Source: Spirochaetia bacterium (GTDB lineage Bacteria; Spirochaetota; Spirochaetia; CADAEX01). From it: a DNA stretch of 64,000 nucleotides. Shown piece after piece: positions 40,305-50,016 of this stretch. The notes beneath the pieces are model-generated. The model searched no databases. It was not told where the DNA came from and worked only from the letters and a program-made list of their open reading frames with translations. Where the stretch lies: contig CAXXHA010000029.1 in the NCBI GenBank assembly GCA_963662265.2, positions 32,001-96,000 of the forward strand, given 5' to 3'. The stretch's first letter is position 1. Every line of letters begins with the position of its first letter. Position numbers and translations under genes: made by a program.

Positions 40305-41102
40305 ATGAATCAGGACCAGGTTAAAAATAAACTCAAAAAGCTCGCTGAAGTCCCGGACTTCAGCGTAATTTTTTCAGGGAAAAAAAGTACAAAAGTTGAC
40401 GGGCTCTATAAGCCTGAATCAAGGGAAATAGTAATTCATAATCACAATATGACAGGCGACCATGATCTGATGTATACAGCTATACATGAATTCGCACATC
40501 ATGTTCACTGCTGCACATCGGGAATACCTGTGTCGGGGAGATGCCATACATCACAGTTCTGGGCAGTTTTTCATGACCTTTTAAAAAAAGCAGAAAAGAA
40601 GAAGATATATTCTAATCCATTTAAAACAGATGATGATTTTGTAAAACTTACAGCGGAAATCAGGGAAAACTATATAAAGAAAAACGGGGAGCTGATGAAA
40701 AAACTAGGTTCCCTCCTTTTCCGGGCAAGAGAACTCTGTGTGAAAAAACACATGAGTTTTGATGACTACGCAGACAGGGAGCTGAACCTTCACCGAAGTG
40801 TGGCAAAAACTGTTATAAAACTCAATTCATATGATATCAGTCCTGAAATTGGATATGAAAACATGAAAACTGTTGCATCGGTTGCAAATCATGACAGGAG
40901 AACTGAAGTTGAAAAAGAATTTCTCAAGCATGAAAGCCCGGATCTTGTAAAAGTATTTGCAAAAAATGATATCAAACAGGAAGAGGACATAGATCCTGTT
41001 ACAATGCTGGAAGCTGAAAAGCATAAAATTGAGAAGACAATTTCAACACTTCAGAAGAAACTTGCTGATGTTGAAAAGAGAATATCAGAAATAAGCAGTT
41101 AA
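40305..41102 (+). CDS. Hypothetical protein with a SprT-like HEXXH zinc motif and a C-terminal coiled coil
   Basis: GLY.P...EIVIH, TAIHEFAHH...H...F. Confidence 0.6.
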   Translation: MNQDQVKNKLKKLAEVPDFSVIFSGKKSTKVDGLYKPESREIVIHNHNMTGDHDLMYTAIHEFAHHVHCCTSGIPVSGRCHTSQFWAVFHDLLKKAEKKKIYSNPFKTDDDFVKLTAEIRENYIKKNGELMKKLGSLLFRARELCVKKHMSFDDYADRELNLHRSVAKTVIKLNSYDISPEIGYENMKTVASVANHDRRTEVEKEFLKHESPDLVKVFAKNDIKQEEDIDPVTMLEAEKHKIEKTISTLQKKLADVEKRISEISS

Positions 41103-41200
41103 TTATTTTCCGGGGATCTGGAATAATTTAACAGTGAATACATATGATATTGATCTGATTTTAATATGAAATATGTTGTATTTTGGAATTCCAAATTCTG

Positions 41201-41229
41201 TTGACATAAATATGGCAATCTGATAGATT
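41201..41229 (+). promoter_or_regulatory. Promoter of tRNA-Val copy 1 (near-identical copy at 41628-41656)
   Basis: TTGACA-N17-TAGATT with TG extension. Confidence 0.7.
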
Positions 41230-41240
41230 ACTATCCGTAA

Positions 41241-41313
<73 letters not shown>

Positions 41314-41353
41314 AAGCCTAAATTCTTAAATAATAAGGATTTAGGCTTTTTTT
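41314..41353 (+). terminator. Terminator after tRNA-Val copy 1 (repeated at about 41741-41782)
   Basis: gcctaaat..atttaggc followed by T-run. Confidence 0.8.
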
Positions 41354-41667
41354 GTCATTGCATATTAAATATTTCGGGTTGAAATTAAATTACCCTTGAA
41401 AAATTATTATTATTCTGTAATTTTTTATCAGATCCCTTTTTCCAGACGTGTCGCAGGGATTTTTTTAGTATTGTATTTAACAATATTATTTCGTCTGTTG
41501 AATAATTAAGAATTGTTTACGATTAATGACTTGAAATATTTATTATGCTGCATTTAAAATAACGTTGTAATAACAAAGAATAATGCCGTGTTTGATAAAA
41601 CATTTTAATTTAATTTTTACAACTTAGTTGACATTAAAATAGCAATCTGATAAATTACTAACCGTAA

Positions 41668-41740
<73 letters not shown>

Positions 41741-41900
41741 AAGCCTAAATTCTTAAATAATAAGGATTTAGGCCTTTTTTTTGTCTTTTCATATCATATC
41801 CTGTATGTAAACAATATGCTTAAAGAGAAAGATAATTTTACTCAAAAACTAACCGTTAAAATGATTATCAATGTGGCATTCCCCTGATTCTGTAGACACT

Positions 41901-42760
41901 TTAATCTGATGAAAACTTATCTTCAAAATCAGCAGGGCTTCGCTTTCCTAAATGACCATGCCGTCTTTTTGTATTGTAAAACATTTCAATATAATTAAAA
42001 ATATCTTTTCTTGCCTCCTCTCTGGTTTTATAAATTTTATTCCTGATTCTTTCTCTTTTAAGATTTGAAAAGAATGATTCAACTACAGAATTATCCCAAC
42101 AATTACCTCTTCTACTCATGCTAATTTCCAAAGAGTGGGCCTCACAAAAATCCTCCCAATCCTTACTTGTAAACTGACACCCTTGATCAGAATGGATAAG
42201 AACAGACTTTGTAGGTCTTCTTCTTTTTACTGCCATAAACAAAGCATCCATAACAATAATTGCTTTCTGATGATTCTTCATCGACCAGCCAACAACTCCT
42301 CTGTTAAATAGATCAATTACTACTGCCAGATATAACCAGCCTTCATAAGTTCGGATATATGTTATATCAGTACACCAAGCTTGATTTGGCTCAGCAACAG
42401 AAAATTCTCTATTCAAAGTATTCTTCTGGTAAATTTCTCCAGGAACCCAAGGTACATGATGCCGTTTCCGTCTGTAAGCACCTTTTATTCCAGCTACTCT
42501 CATCAAACGAGCAACCCGATTAACACCGTAGCTATAACCTGCTTCTTTTAGATCCTCATGTATATTTGGACTTCCATATACTTGACCGCTTTCTTCCCAG
42601 TAAAAACGGATTAGTTCTGTCACTTTTTTATTTTCTATTGTTCTAGGAGATTCTGGTGTTTTTAACCACCGATAAAATCCTGATGGATTAACTTTTAATA
42701 TCCTGCACATAGGGCGAATTGGAAACGCTTTTCTGTTGTCCCGAATAAAAGCGTACTTTA
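41901..42760 (-). CDS. IS3 OrfB DDE transposase (fused to OrfA by -1 frameshift)
   Basis: WCTDITY, HSDQG, DNSVVESFF; A6G slippery site at 42791-42797 followed by gcgtacttt/aaagtacgc pairing. Confidence 0.92.
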
Positions 42761-43045
42761 CTGGGACTCCTTCGCAAAGTACGCTGCGGCCTTTTTTAAG
42801 ATATCACGCTCCATCTTAAGCTTTCTGATCTCTGCTTTTAATTCTCTGTTTTCCTTTTCTGCTTCTGTTAATTTTTTCTTTTCTCGAGACTCCCCGGATT
42901 TCCACCCGGCCTTTCTAAGCCAGTTATAAAGAGTAACGTCACTTATTCCTGTTGCTTTTGATACTTCAAGAACACTGTGTTCTTCTTCCATTATTTGCTT
43001 TAATATTTCGTCTTTAAATTCTTCTGTGTAGGGACTCTTTGGCAC
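42758..43045 (-). CDS. IS3 OrfA HTH protein
   Basis: YTEEFK, TLYNW, ERDILKKAAAYFAKE. Confidence 0.92.
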   Translation of the reverse strand: MPKSPYTEEFKDEILKQIMEEEHSVLEVSKATGISDVTLYNWLRKAGWKSGESREKKKLTEAEKENRELKAEIRKLKMERDILKKAAAYFAKESQ

Positions 43046-43291
43046 TTTAATACTCCTTAGTTTCTAAGTATATCAAGTGTCTACAGTTTTGGGGGAATGC
43101 CAATGTTATTCGAAATTGATGTATGAGTTAGGTGTTTGAATCCCTTCAGGTTGAAATATTAAAAATAAGTTAAAAATCATTAAAAACAAAAAAAGTTATA
43201 AGAAAAATATGAAACTGTAATATAATTAATAATAGATGGAGATGATTTATAGGCATGTAGTTTGTAAAATTAGATAAAAGAGGGGAAAGTA

Positions 43292-43648
43292 ATGAATTCC
43301 GTTTATCGAAGCAGAATAAAAAATTTTTATGAACTTTATTTTACAGATAAACAACATGATAACTGGATCCGGATTATTAATAAATATTATAAAGATTCTA
43401 TTCAGGATCCTTCCAATATTGAAATATATCTTCATAGAATGCTTAACGGCGGTGTTCTTGATAAAGATGCAGTTAAAACAATAAAAGAGTCAAAAAATGA
43501 TAATATTTTATTGGAATTAACTGTTTTTGAAGAAAAAAAAGAAACAGCGCAAAATAAGAGTTTTATCAGAAAACTGTCATATGTTATTAAAGAATGCATC
43601 AATGAAATTGAAAAGTACAGCAGAATACTGAGTCATAGAAAATTCTGA
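43292..43648 (+). CDS. Hypothetical protein
   Basis: 118-aa ORF with SD gagggg; no recognised motif. Confidence 0.55.
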   Translation: MNSVYRSRIKNFYELYFTDKQHDNWIRIINKYYKDSIQDPSNIEIYLHRMLNGGVLDKDAVKTIKESKNDNILLELTVFEEKKETAQNKSFIRKLSYVIKECINEIEKYSRILSHRKF

Positions 43649-43906
43649 GATTAAAAGGACATTGTTATTAAGATTCAGACAGATTATTTTGATGAAATAA
43701 TCTATATTATTCTTTTTTCAAATATTCCAAGAAAAATATCTATTTCTATATCAAATATATTTCTTCTGCCGCTGTCTTCTGAATATCAGGTGCAGCATTG
43801 GATAAAGATGACCTGTACTCTCAATAAAAAGTAACATAAACAGATTTTAATATTATTTTTTATTTGAATATTTTAAAAAAATATCAAAAATGCTTTAATA
43901 AAAGAC

Positions 43907-44431
43907 ATGAATAATATTTTAACAAAAAAAGAATATGATAAAAAAGAGTTTAAAAATATTGATTTTACAGGTGAGAGCTTTAATAATATTGTTTTTACAG
44001 ACTGCATATTTAAGGGATGCAAGCTGAGTGCAAATGAGCTTAGAAATACCCGTTTCCATTCTGTTGTTTTTGAAGAATGCAAGATCGCAGGATTGAGTTT
44101 TCAGAATATCAATAAAATGATTGTTGATATGAAATTTGTTTCCTGTGATCTGAAATCATCTAATTTTACCGATTTGCATATGAATAAGACTGATTTCAGC
44201 AGATGTTTGATTTTTGACTGTGATTTTATCAATACAGTGCTTAAAGAAGCTGATTTCAGCTGCTGTGACCTTAAGGATTCACTTTTCCATAACACTGATT
44301 TAACAGCAGCTGTATTTGAGCAGGCTGTTAACTACAATATAAATCCCAATCAGAACAAGATAAAAAATGCTGTGTTTTCATTGCCGGAAGCTGTAAATCT
44401 TCTGACACATTTTAATATTAAAATAAAATAA
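43907..44431 (+). CDS. Pentapeptide repeat protein
   Basis: Repeated xxFxx/xxLxx pentads (CIFKG, TDFSR, ADFSC, CDLKD). Confidence 0.9.
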   Translation: MNNILTKKEYDKKEFKNIDFTGESFNNIVFTDCIFKGCKLSANELRNTRFHSVVFEECKIAGLSFQNINKMIVDMKFVSCDLKSSNFTDLHMNKTDFSRCLIFDCDFINTVLKEADFSCCDLKDSLFHNTDLTAAVFEQAVNYNINPNQNKIKNAVFSLPEAVNLLTHFNIKIK

Positions 44432-44446
44432 TCAGATTTTTAAGAC

Positions 44447-44535
44447 AAAAAAAAGCTATAAGAATGGTGAGTCCTTATAGCAGGTGTGATAATATGAAAT
44501 TATCAATGGAAAACGGAAAGTAGTGGAAATTAATT
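44447..44535 (-). ncRNA. Candidate small RNA, about 88 nt
   Basis: Perfect TTGACA-N17-TATAAT on the minus strand (44570-44542), no ORF, ends in gctataag/cttatagc hairpin plus U8. Confidence 0.6.
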
Positions 44536-44786
44536 AGTAATATTATACTACTAAAAGTAATTGATGTCAATATATATATAACTTAAAGTAAGTTTAAGTA
44601 TTGCTGTTTAACATTGTAAAAAGAGAAATCATATAAATTATTCTGTATAATATTTTGTGTAAGACTCCTATATTTACTGGTGTATAAAAATACAATTATA
44701 TATAAATAACTGGTGGTTTTATAATCAGGATATTGTCTTGAAAAAAACACACAGCTTGAAAGAACGAAACAGGAAGGTGGATAAAA

Positions 44787-46067
44787 ATGAATAGAGAATC
44801 GCAAAGTCTGAAAATTACATATAATAATGATGAGATTGATTTTCCGATTTCTGAAGATTTAAATATAAAAATTTATGAACCAAACAATGTAATTGCTGCT
44901 TCTGAAGAAATACAGCTGATCAGTGAAGCTCTGAGCAAACCTTCCGGCAGTGAAAGTTTTGATAATTTTCTCAAGCAGAAAGGAAAGCTTCTCGTTATTG
45001 TAAATGATGGAACCAGACCGACTCCGACCAGGACAGTCATAAAAGTGCTTGATGAATTTCTTGAGAATCAGGATGTAACATTTATTATTGCAACTGGAGT
45101 TCACAGGGCCCCGACTGAAGAAGAATACAGATATATATTCGGGAGTTCTTATGATAAATATTCAGATCGTATTGTTGTACATGATTCTAGAAAATCAGAG
45201 GATATGATTTTTTTAGGAACTTCAAATAACGGAACAGAAATGTGGATAAATAAACATGCAATTGAGGCAGATAAAATACTTGTAATAGGTTCTGTTGAAC
45301 CCCATTATTTTGCCGGATATACTGGAGGCCGGAAAGCTCTTTTACCAGGTATTGCATCATTTAAGACAATTGAACAGAACCATAAACATGCACTGGACAA
45401 AAAAGCTCAGAGCCTTTCTCTGAAAGGAAATCCAGTACATGAAGATATGATTGATGCCATAAAGGTGGTAAACAAAAACATTTTTACAATAATGACTGTC
45501 CTTGATAAGGAGCATAAAGTCTATGCCGCTACTTCCGGAGATATTCATTCAGCTTTTAATGAAGCAACAAAATATGCTGATGATGTGTTTGTTGTTGATG
45601 TAGAGGAGGAAGCTGATATTGTTATCAGTATTGCAAAATACCCCATGGATTTTGACCTTTATCAATCGCAGAAAGCGCTTGATAACGGAAAACTTGCTTT
45701 AAAAGAAGGCGGCATTCTTATACTTATATCAGCATGCAGAAATGGAGTAGGTGAAGATGAATTTATTAAACTGCTTTCATCATGTAGAAATCCTCAAGAA
45801 GTACTGGAGAAAATTAAGAATAATTATAAACTCGGGTGGCATAAGGCTGGAAAGATGGCCGAAATTAATCTATCAGCTGAAGTGTGGGCAGTAACAGAAT
45901 TAGAAGAAGAATTGCTTAAAAGTATTTTTATTACACCTTTTAAAGATATTAAAAGCGCTCTCAATAAAGCAGTAAGCATAAAAGGAAAAAATGCGAAGAT
46001 ACTTATACTTCCAGACGGATGTGTAACTGTTCTGCGTGTAAAAAAAATGATTAAACTGAATTGTTGA
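44787..46067 (+). CDS. larA: Nickel-pincer-dependent lactate racemase (LarA) family
   Basis: VNDGTRPTP, IATGVHR, HYFAGYTGGRK..PG, DLYQSQK, HKA. Confidence 0.8.
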   Translation: MNRESQSLKITYNNDEIDFPISEDLNIKIYEPNNVIAASEEIQLISEALSKPSGSESFDNFLKQKGKLLVIVNDGTRPTPTRTVIKVLDEFLENQDVTFIIATGVHRAPTEEEYRYIFGSSYDKYSDRIVVHDSRKSEDMIFLGTSNNGTEMWINKHAIEADKILVIGSVEPHYFAGYTGGRKALLPGIASFKTIEQNHKHALDKKAQSLSLKGNPVHEDMIDAIKVVNKNIFTIMTVLDKEHKVYAATSGDIHSAFNEATKYADDVFVVDVEEEADIVISIAKYPMDFDLYQSQKALDNGKLALKEGGILILISACRNGVGEDEFIKLLSSCRNPQEVLEKIKNNYKLGWHKAGKMAEINLSAEVWAVTELEEELLKSIFITPFKDIKSALNKAVSIKGKNAKILILPDGCVTVLRVKKMIKLNC

Positions 46068-46119
46068 TTAGTATTCAATTCATGGAGTAATAACTGATTT
46101 ATTTATAAGGTGCAATATA

Positions 46120-46734
46120 ATGAATATTATTAAGAGGGAAGTTATGTCAGCAAGACTTGAAAAACAGATAGAATTTATTAAAGAAATAGACAAACTCAAA
46201 AATATATACAGGAGATCTTTTATCACAGATAAATCCAGGAATGAAAATGATGCTGAGCATTCATGGCATATAGCCGTTATGGCACTCATACTCAGAGAAT
46301 ATTCAGATAAAAAGGAAATTGATATTGCAAAGGTAATTTCAATGCTTCTTATACATGATATTGTTGAGATATATGCAGGAGATACCTTCATATATGATGA
46401 AGAGGGAAGAAAAGAGCAGGAGAAAAAGGAAAAAGAGGCAGCAGACAAAATATTCGGTATGCTGCCTGATGAACAATGCAGTGAATTCAGAGCTCTCTGG
46501 GATGAATTCGAAGAAAAGAAAAGCGATGAAGCTGTATTTGCAAAAAGCATGGACCGGCTGCATCCGCTGCTGCTTAATTATTATGCGGAAGGCAAGACCT
46601 GGAAAAAACATGATGTTAATTCGGAAATGGTAAAAGAGGTTAACTCGGAAATAGCCTGCGGTTCAGAAACGTTATGGGAATTTGCAGAAAAACTTATTGA
46701 TGATGCAGTTGAAAACGGATTTCTGAATAAGTAA
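46120..46734 (+). CDS. HD-domain hydrolase (start may be ATG 46144)
   Basis: ENDAEHSWH, IHDIVEIYAGD, MDRL.P. Confidence 0.88.
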   Translation: MNIIKREVMSARLEKQIEFIKEIDKLKNIYRRSFITDKSRNENDAEHSWHIAVMALILREYSDKKEIDIAKVISMLLIHDIVEIYAGDTFIYDEEGRKEQEKKEKEAADKIFGMLPDEQCSEFRALWDEFEEKKSDEAVFAKSMDRLHPLLLNYYAEGKTWKKHDVNSEMVKEVNSEIACGSETLWEFAEKLIDDAVENGFLNK

Positions 46735-47475
46735 ATGATTGAACTTCTGATTCTTCATTCGGTCATATTTTCAGCATTTTTTCTCAAAGGAATCGCAGGA
46801 TTCGGGAATACCCTTATTGTAAACGGGGGGCTGGCTTTTATACGGGAAAACAGGTTTATCACGCCTATAGACACACTTCTCGGGCTTCCTGTGAATATTT
46901 TCATGGTTATAAGGGAATGGAGATATATAAGATTCAGTATAGTTTTACCGCTTCTTATATCAGTAGGTTCAGGAATATTTCCGGGAATATTTCTGCTTGA
47001 TTCTGTCAATGACCGGATACTGAAGAGTGTTCTTGCTCTTGTTCTTCTTGCAATAAGCATTGATTTCTTCAAGACAGGAAAAAAGGAAAAAAAGGAAATT
47101 AAACATGTAAGGCTTGTTATAGTAATAACAGGTTTTTTATCAGGAATACTTACAGGACTATATGGAATAGGTGTACTTGTACCTGCAGTTCTCAGCAGGA
47201 TGGGGCTGAACAGAAGGGATTTCAGAGGCAGCATCTGTTTTCTCTTTACAGCAGAAAGTATTATAAGAATTACAGGATATTATCTGAGCGGAATAATCAA
47301 CCGGAATATTATTATGAATTTTCTTGTGCTTATACCTGCGGCTGCCTCCGGTGTAATCTTAAGCAGGTTTATAGACAGAAATATTGATGAAAATATGATC
47401 CGAAGGATAGTTATTATTGTTCTTATTTTATCTGCTGTAATGCTTCTTGTTAAAAACAGGTTCGGCTTTTGTTAA
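46735..47475 (+). CDS. TauE/SafE (TSUP) family membrane protein
   Basis: KGIAGFG and SG.L.G.YG.G repeats; about 8 TM helices. Confidence 0.8.
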   Translation: MIELLILHSVIFSAFFLKGIAGFGNTLIVNGGLAFIRENRFITPIDTLLGLPVNIFMVIREWRYIRFSIVLPLLISVGSGIFPGIFLLDSVNDRILKSVLALVLLAISIDFFKTGKKEKKEIKHVRLVIVITGFLSGILTGLYGIGVLVPAVLSRMGLNRRDFRGSICFLFTAESIIRITGYYLSGIINRNIIMNFLVLIPAAASGVILSRFIDRNIDENMIRRIVIIVLILSAVMLLVKNRFGFC

Positions 47476-47582
47476 TAACAATATGTTATATTGATGTAAG
47501 TTGACTTTAAAATAAAAAATTGAGATATTAATTAAAGAAATAGCATTAACAATAATCTGTTGGAAAAACAGCGAAACTGCAA

Positions 47583-47688
47583 ACAAGGAATGATAAAAAC
47601 TTGTTTTTATCATTAGCGATAGAGACTTTCGCTTGCGAAAGTGCTCGAAAGCGTTATACAAGGAATGATAAAAACTTGTTTTTATCAT
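47583..47688. repeat. Two 31-bp palindromic direct repeats around a 44-bp two-hairpin core
   Basis: acaaggaatgataaaaacttgtttttatcat at 47583-47613 and 47658-47688. Confidence 0.9.
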
Positions 47689-47703
47689 GTTATAGGAGAA
47701 AAT

Positions 47704-48405
47704 ATGTTTGAAAATACAGGTTTTATTTCAGAATCTCAGGCAGTAAAAGAAAGAAGCCTGATAAGAAATGTCTACATGTGGATGACTGCAGGTCTTGCAC
47801 TTACCGGAGTTGTTTCTCTCTGGATGATGTCAAATCCTGCAAGAATTATTTCAATAGTGCAGTCCGGAATGTTCTGGGGCCTGATAATAGGGGAATTTAT
47901 ACTGGTAATGTTTCTTTCTGCCAGGATAATGAGCATGAGTCCCCAGGCTGCAACTCTTTCATTTGCAGCATATTCGCTTCTTAACGGTATTACTCTTTCA
48001 ACTATATTTCTGATGTATACCGGGGCAAGTATAGTATCAACATTCTTTATAACAGCAGCAACTTTTGCAGGGATGAGCCTATATGCTGCAACCACAAAAA
48101 GAAGCCTTGCCGGAATCGGTCAATATCTGATGATGGGGCTTCTTGGAATAATAATTGCCTCTGTTGTAAACATCTTTTTAAGAAGTCCCGGAATGTATTA
48201 CCTTATTTCATATGCCGGTGTTCTTGTTTTCTGCGGGCTTACTGCCTATGACACACAGATGATTCTATCAATGAGCAGGAATTACTCTTCATCTCTTGAT
48301 GAAAGCGATTATGTGAGGTTCTCAATTATTGGAGCTCTTAAACTGTACCTCGATTTCATAAACATGTTCCTGTTCTTCTTGAGAATATTCGGAAGAAGGG
48401 ACTAG
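47704..48405 (+). CDS. Bax inhibitor-1/YccA family membrane protein
   Basis: VYMWMTAGL, GLTAYDTQ, GALKLYLDFINMF; SD aggag before ATG 47704. Confidence 0.92.
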   Translation: MFENTGFISESQAVKERSLIRNVYMWMTAGLALTGVVSLWMMSNPARIISIVQSGMFWGLIIGEFILVMFLSARIMSMSPQAATLSFAAYSLLNGITLSTIFLMYTGASIVSTFFITAATFAGMSLYAATTKRSLAGIGQYLMMGLLGIIIASVVNIFLRSPGMYYLISYAGVLVFCGLTAYDTQMILSMSRNYSSSLDESDYVRFSIIGALKLYLDFINMFLFFLRIFGRRD

Positions 48406-48420
48406 GGAAGCGGTCTATTA

Positions 48421-48978
48421 ATGAGAGTAACAGGGGGAAAATATCTCAGCAGGCAGGTAAAATGCCCGAAAGGTGTAATCAGACCTGCTATGGACAGAAT
48501 GCGGGAATCACTTTTCAGCATACTTGGAAATATACATGGAAAATCATTTCTGGACCTGTTCAGCGGATCCGGAATTATCGGAATAGAGGCTGCATCACGG
48601 GGTGCTTCTCCTGTTTGTTTTGTTGAAAAAGACAGAATCAAGAAGAGGATTATTCATGAAAATACAGATATGATTGATACTGAAAAAAAGATATTTATCA
48701 TGTCTGTTGAGAGGTTTATTTCAATAACGCGGGAAAAATATGACCTTATTTTTCTTGATCCCCCTTTTCCGATGGGTAAAAAACAGGATCTGGTTCTTTC
48801 TGTAAGCAGAAAAGATATTCTTTCAGATGACGGTATTCTGATGATACATCATCCGTCAGAGGAGAAATGGCCTGATACTGTCGGGAATCTAGAAATATTT
48901 GACAGGAGAAAATACGGCAGAAGCATACTGCTGTTTTTCAGAAAGAAAAAAGAATTATCCGCTGATAACAAAGAATAA
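48421..48978 (+). CDS. rsmD: 16S rRNA m2G966 methyltransferase
   Basis: MRVTGG, RP..DR.RESLF, LDLFSGSG, EAASRGA, DPPF. Confidence 0.9.
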   Translation: MRVTGGKYLSRQVKCPKGVIRPAMDRMRESLFSILGNIHGKSFLDLFSGSGIIGIEAASRGASPVCFVEKDRIKKRIIHENTDMIDTEKKIFIMSVERFISITREKYDLIFLDPPFPMGKKQDLVLSVSRKDILSDDGILMIHHPSEEKWPDTVGNLEIFDRRKYGRSILLFFRKKKELSADNKE

Positions 48979-49003
48979 ATTGCAATAATAATTAAATGTA
49001 TTT

Positions 49004-49040
49004 AAAGAGCTGTCTCCGGTAAAAAGAGCAGCTCTTTTTT
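49004..49040. terminator. Intrinsic terminator after rsmD
   Basis: aaagagctg/cagctcttt followed by T-run. Confidence 0.7.
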
Positions 49041-49151
49041 AATTTTAATACATCAGATTTCTATGAATTATCACAAATAAAAGAGAAATTATCTGTACCT
49101 GTTTATCCCAATTACCTTGAATAGATAAATCAATAAACATGTGAGATGTTC

Positions 49152-49553
49152 TCATGAAGACATACACTTTCTGTTAATAAGGCAGTTGACAATTATCATA
49201 TCTGAATTTGCAAATTTTCTTTCGCTGAGATTTTCAATTTTGATCCATTCAATTTTTGAATGTTCTTTCAGCTTAATTCTGTCTGAAAGGAAATTTATGA
49301 AAAATGCCTTTAAAGTATATTTCCGACCTTTATTTGTAAAGAATCCTGAACAGAAAAGATCCTTTACTTCAATATCAACATCAAACTCTTCCTTATATTC
49401 CCTGACAAGGGCATCCTGAGGTGTTTCCCCTTTTTCAGCTTTACCGCCAGGGAATTCCCAGCTTTCACCTATTGAAGTTCCGGGTTTTCTTTTTGCAATA
49501 AAAACCTTGCCGTCTATTAATGCGATTCCGGCTGTCGATGTTCTGTCAGGCAT
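49152..49553 (-). CDS. NUDIX hydrolase, MutT-like
   Basis: WEFPGGKAEKGETPQDALVREYKEEF Nudix box. Confidence 0.9.
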   Translation of the reverse strand: MPDRTSTAGIALIDGKVFIAKRKPGTSIGESWEFPGGKAEKGETPQDALVREYKEEFDVDIEVKDLFCSGFFTNKGRKYTLKAFFINFLSDRIKLKEHSKIEWIKIENLSERKFANSDMIIVNCLINRKCMSS

Positions 49554-49963
49554 CAGATAAAAAGAACATCGGGAAAGAAAAAATGCAGCAGTGATATGAC
49601 AATAGCTGCAATACCAATGATATTTCTGTATTTCTCAATCAGAGAATCAGTCTTTTCAAGAGTCGGATTAATCTCGACTTCTTTATTCTTCTGCCAGTTT
49701 AGAAATAGAAAGACAGCAATAAGTATACTTAAAAGAGCAGGGATCATGTCCCCTATAACCGGAACATCGCCATCATAAACACTGATTATTTTAAATACCC
49801 CTGTTACAGCTGAAATGATGCTGAAACTCAAAATAAAATTCTGTGCTGCAAAGAGTTCCTGCAGTGCATCCAGTTTAGGAAACTGTTTTTTTATTACTTC
49901 ATTTGCCAGCAATAAACCGCCTATGAAATTGACAAAAATTGATAAAAAATAGAATTGAACCAT
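49553..49963 (-). CDS. Hypothetical membrane protein
   Basis: Four TM helices; overlaps the NUDIX gene start. Confidence 0.7.
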   Translation of the reverse strand: MVQFYFLSIFVNFIGGLLLANEVIKKQFPKLDALQELFAAQNFILSFSIISAVTGVFKIISVYDGDVPVIGDMIPALLSILIAVFLFLNWQKNKEVEINPTLEKTDSLIEKYRNIIGIAAIVISLLHFFFPDVLFI

Positions 49964-50016
49964 ATCTCAGCTACCTCTTTTCTAAATAATAACTGATACT
50001 GATACAGTCGTCAATT

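Larger units (their letters stand above)
41874..43102 (-). mobile_element. IS3-family insertion sequence, 1229 bp, apparently intact
   Basis: Imperfect 27-bp inverted repeats tggcattcccc...ctgtagacact, TG...CA ends, 3-bp target duplication atg (41871-73 and 43103-05), orfA and orfB. Confidence 0.95.

Noticed and set aside
43103-43150. ggtgtttgaatccc resembling a tRNA T-arm or att remnant after the IS
   Set aside because: No acceptor stem or cloverleaf, and no match to the tRNA-Val 3' end
47583-47688. Two 31-bp repeats with a 44-bp spacer resembling a mini CRISPR array
   Set aside because: Only two repeats, no cas genes in the window, and the spacer is itself structured and shared with the 34.9 kb element
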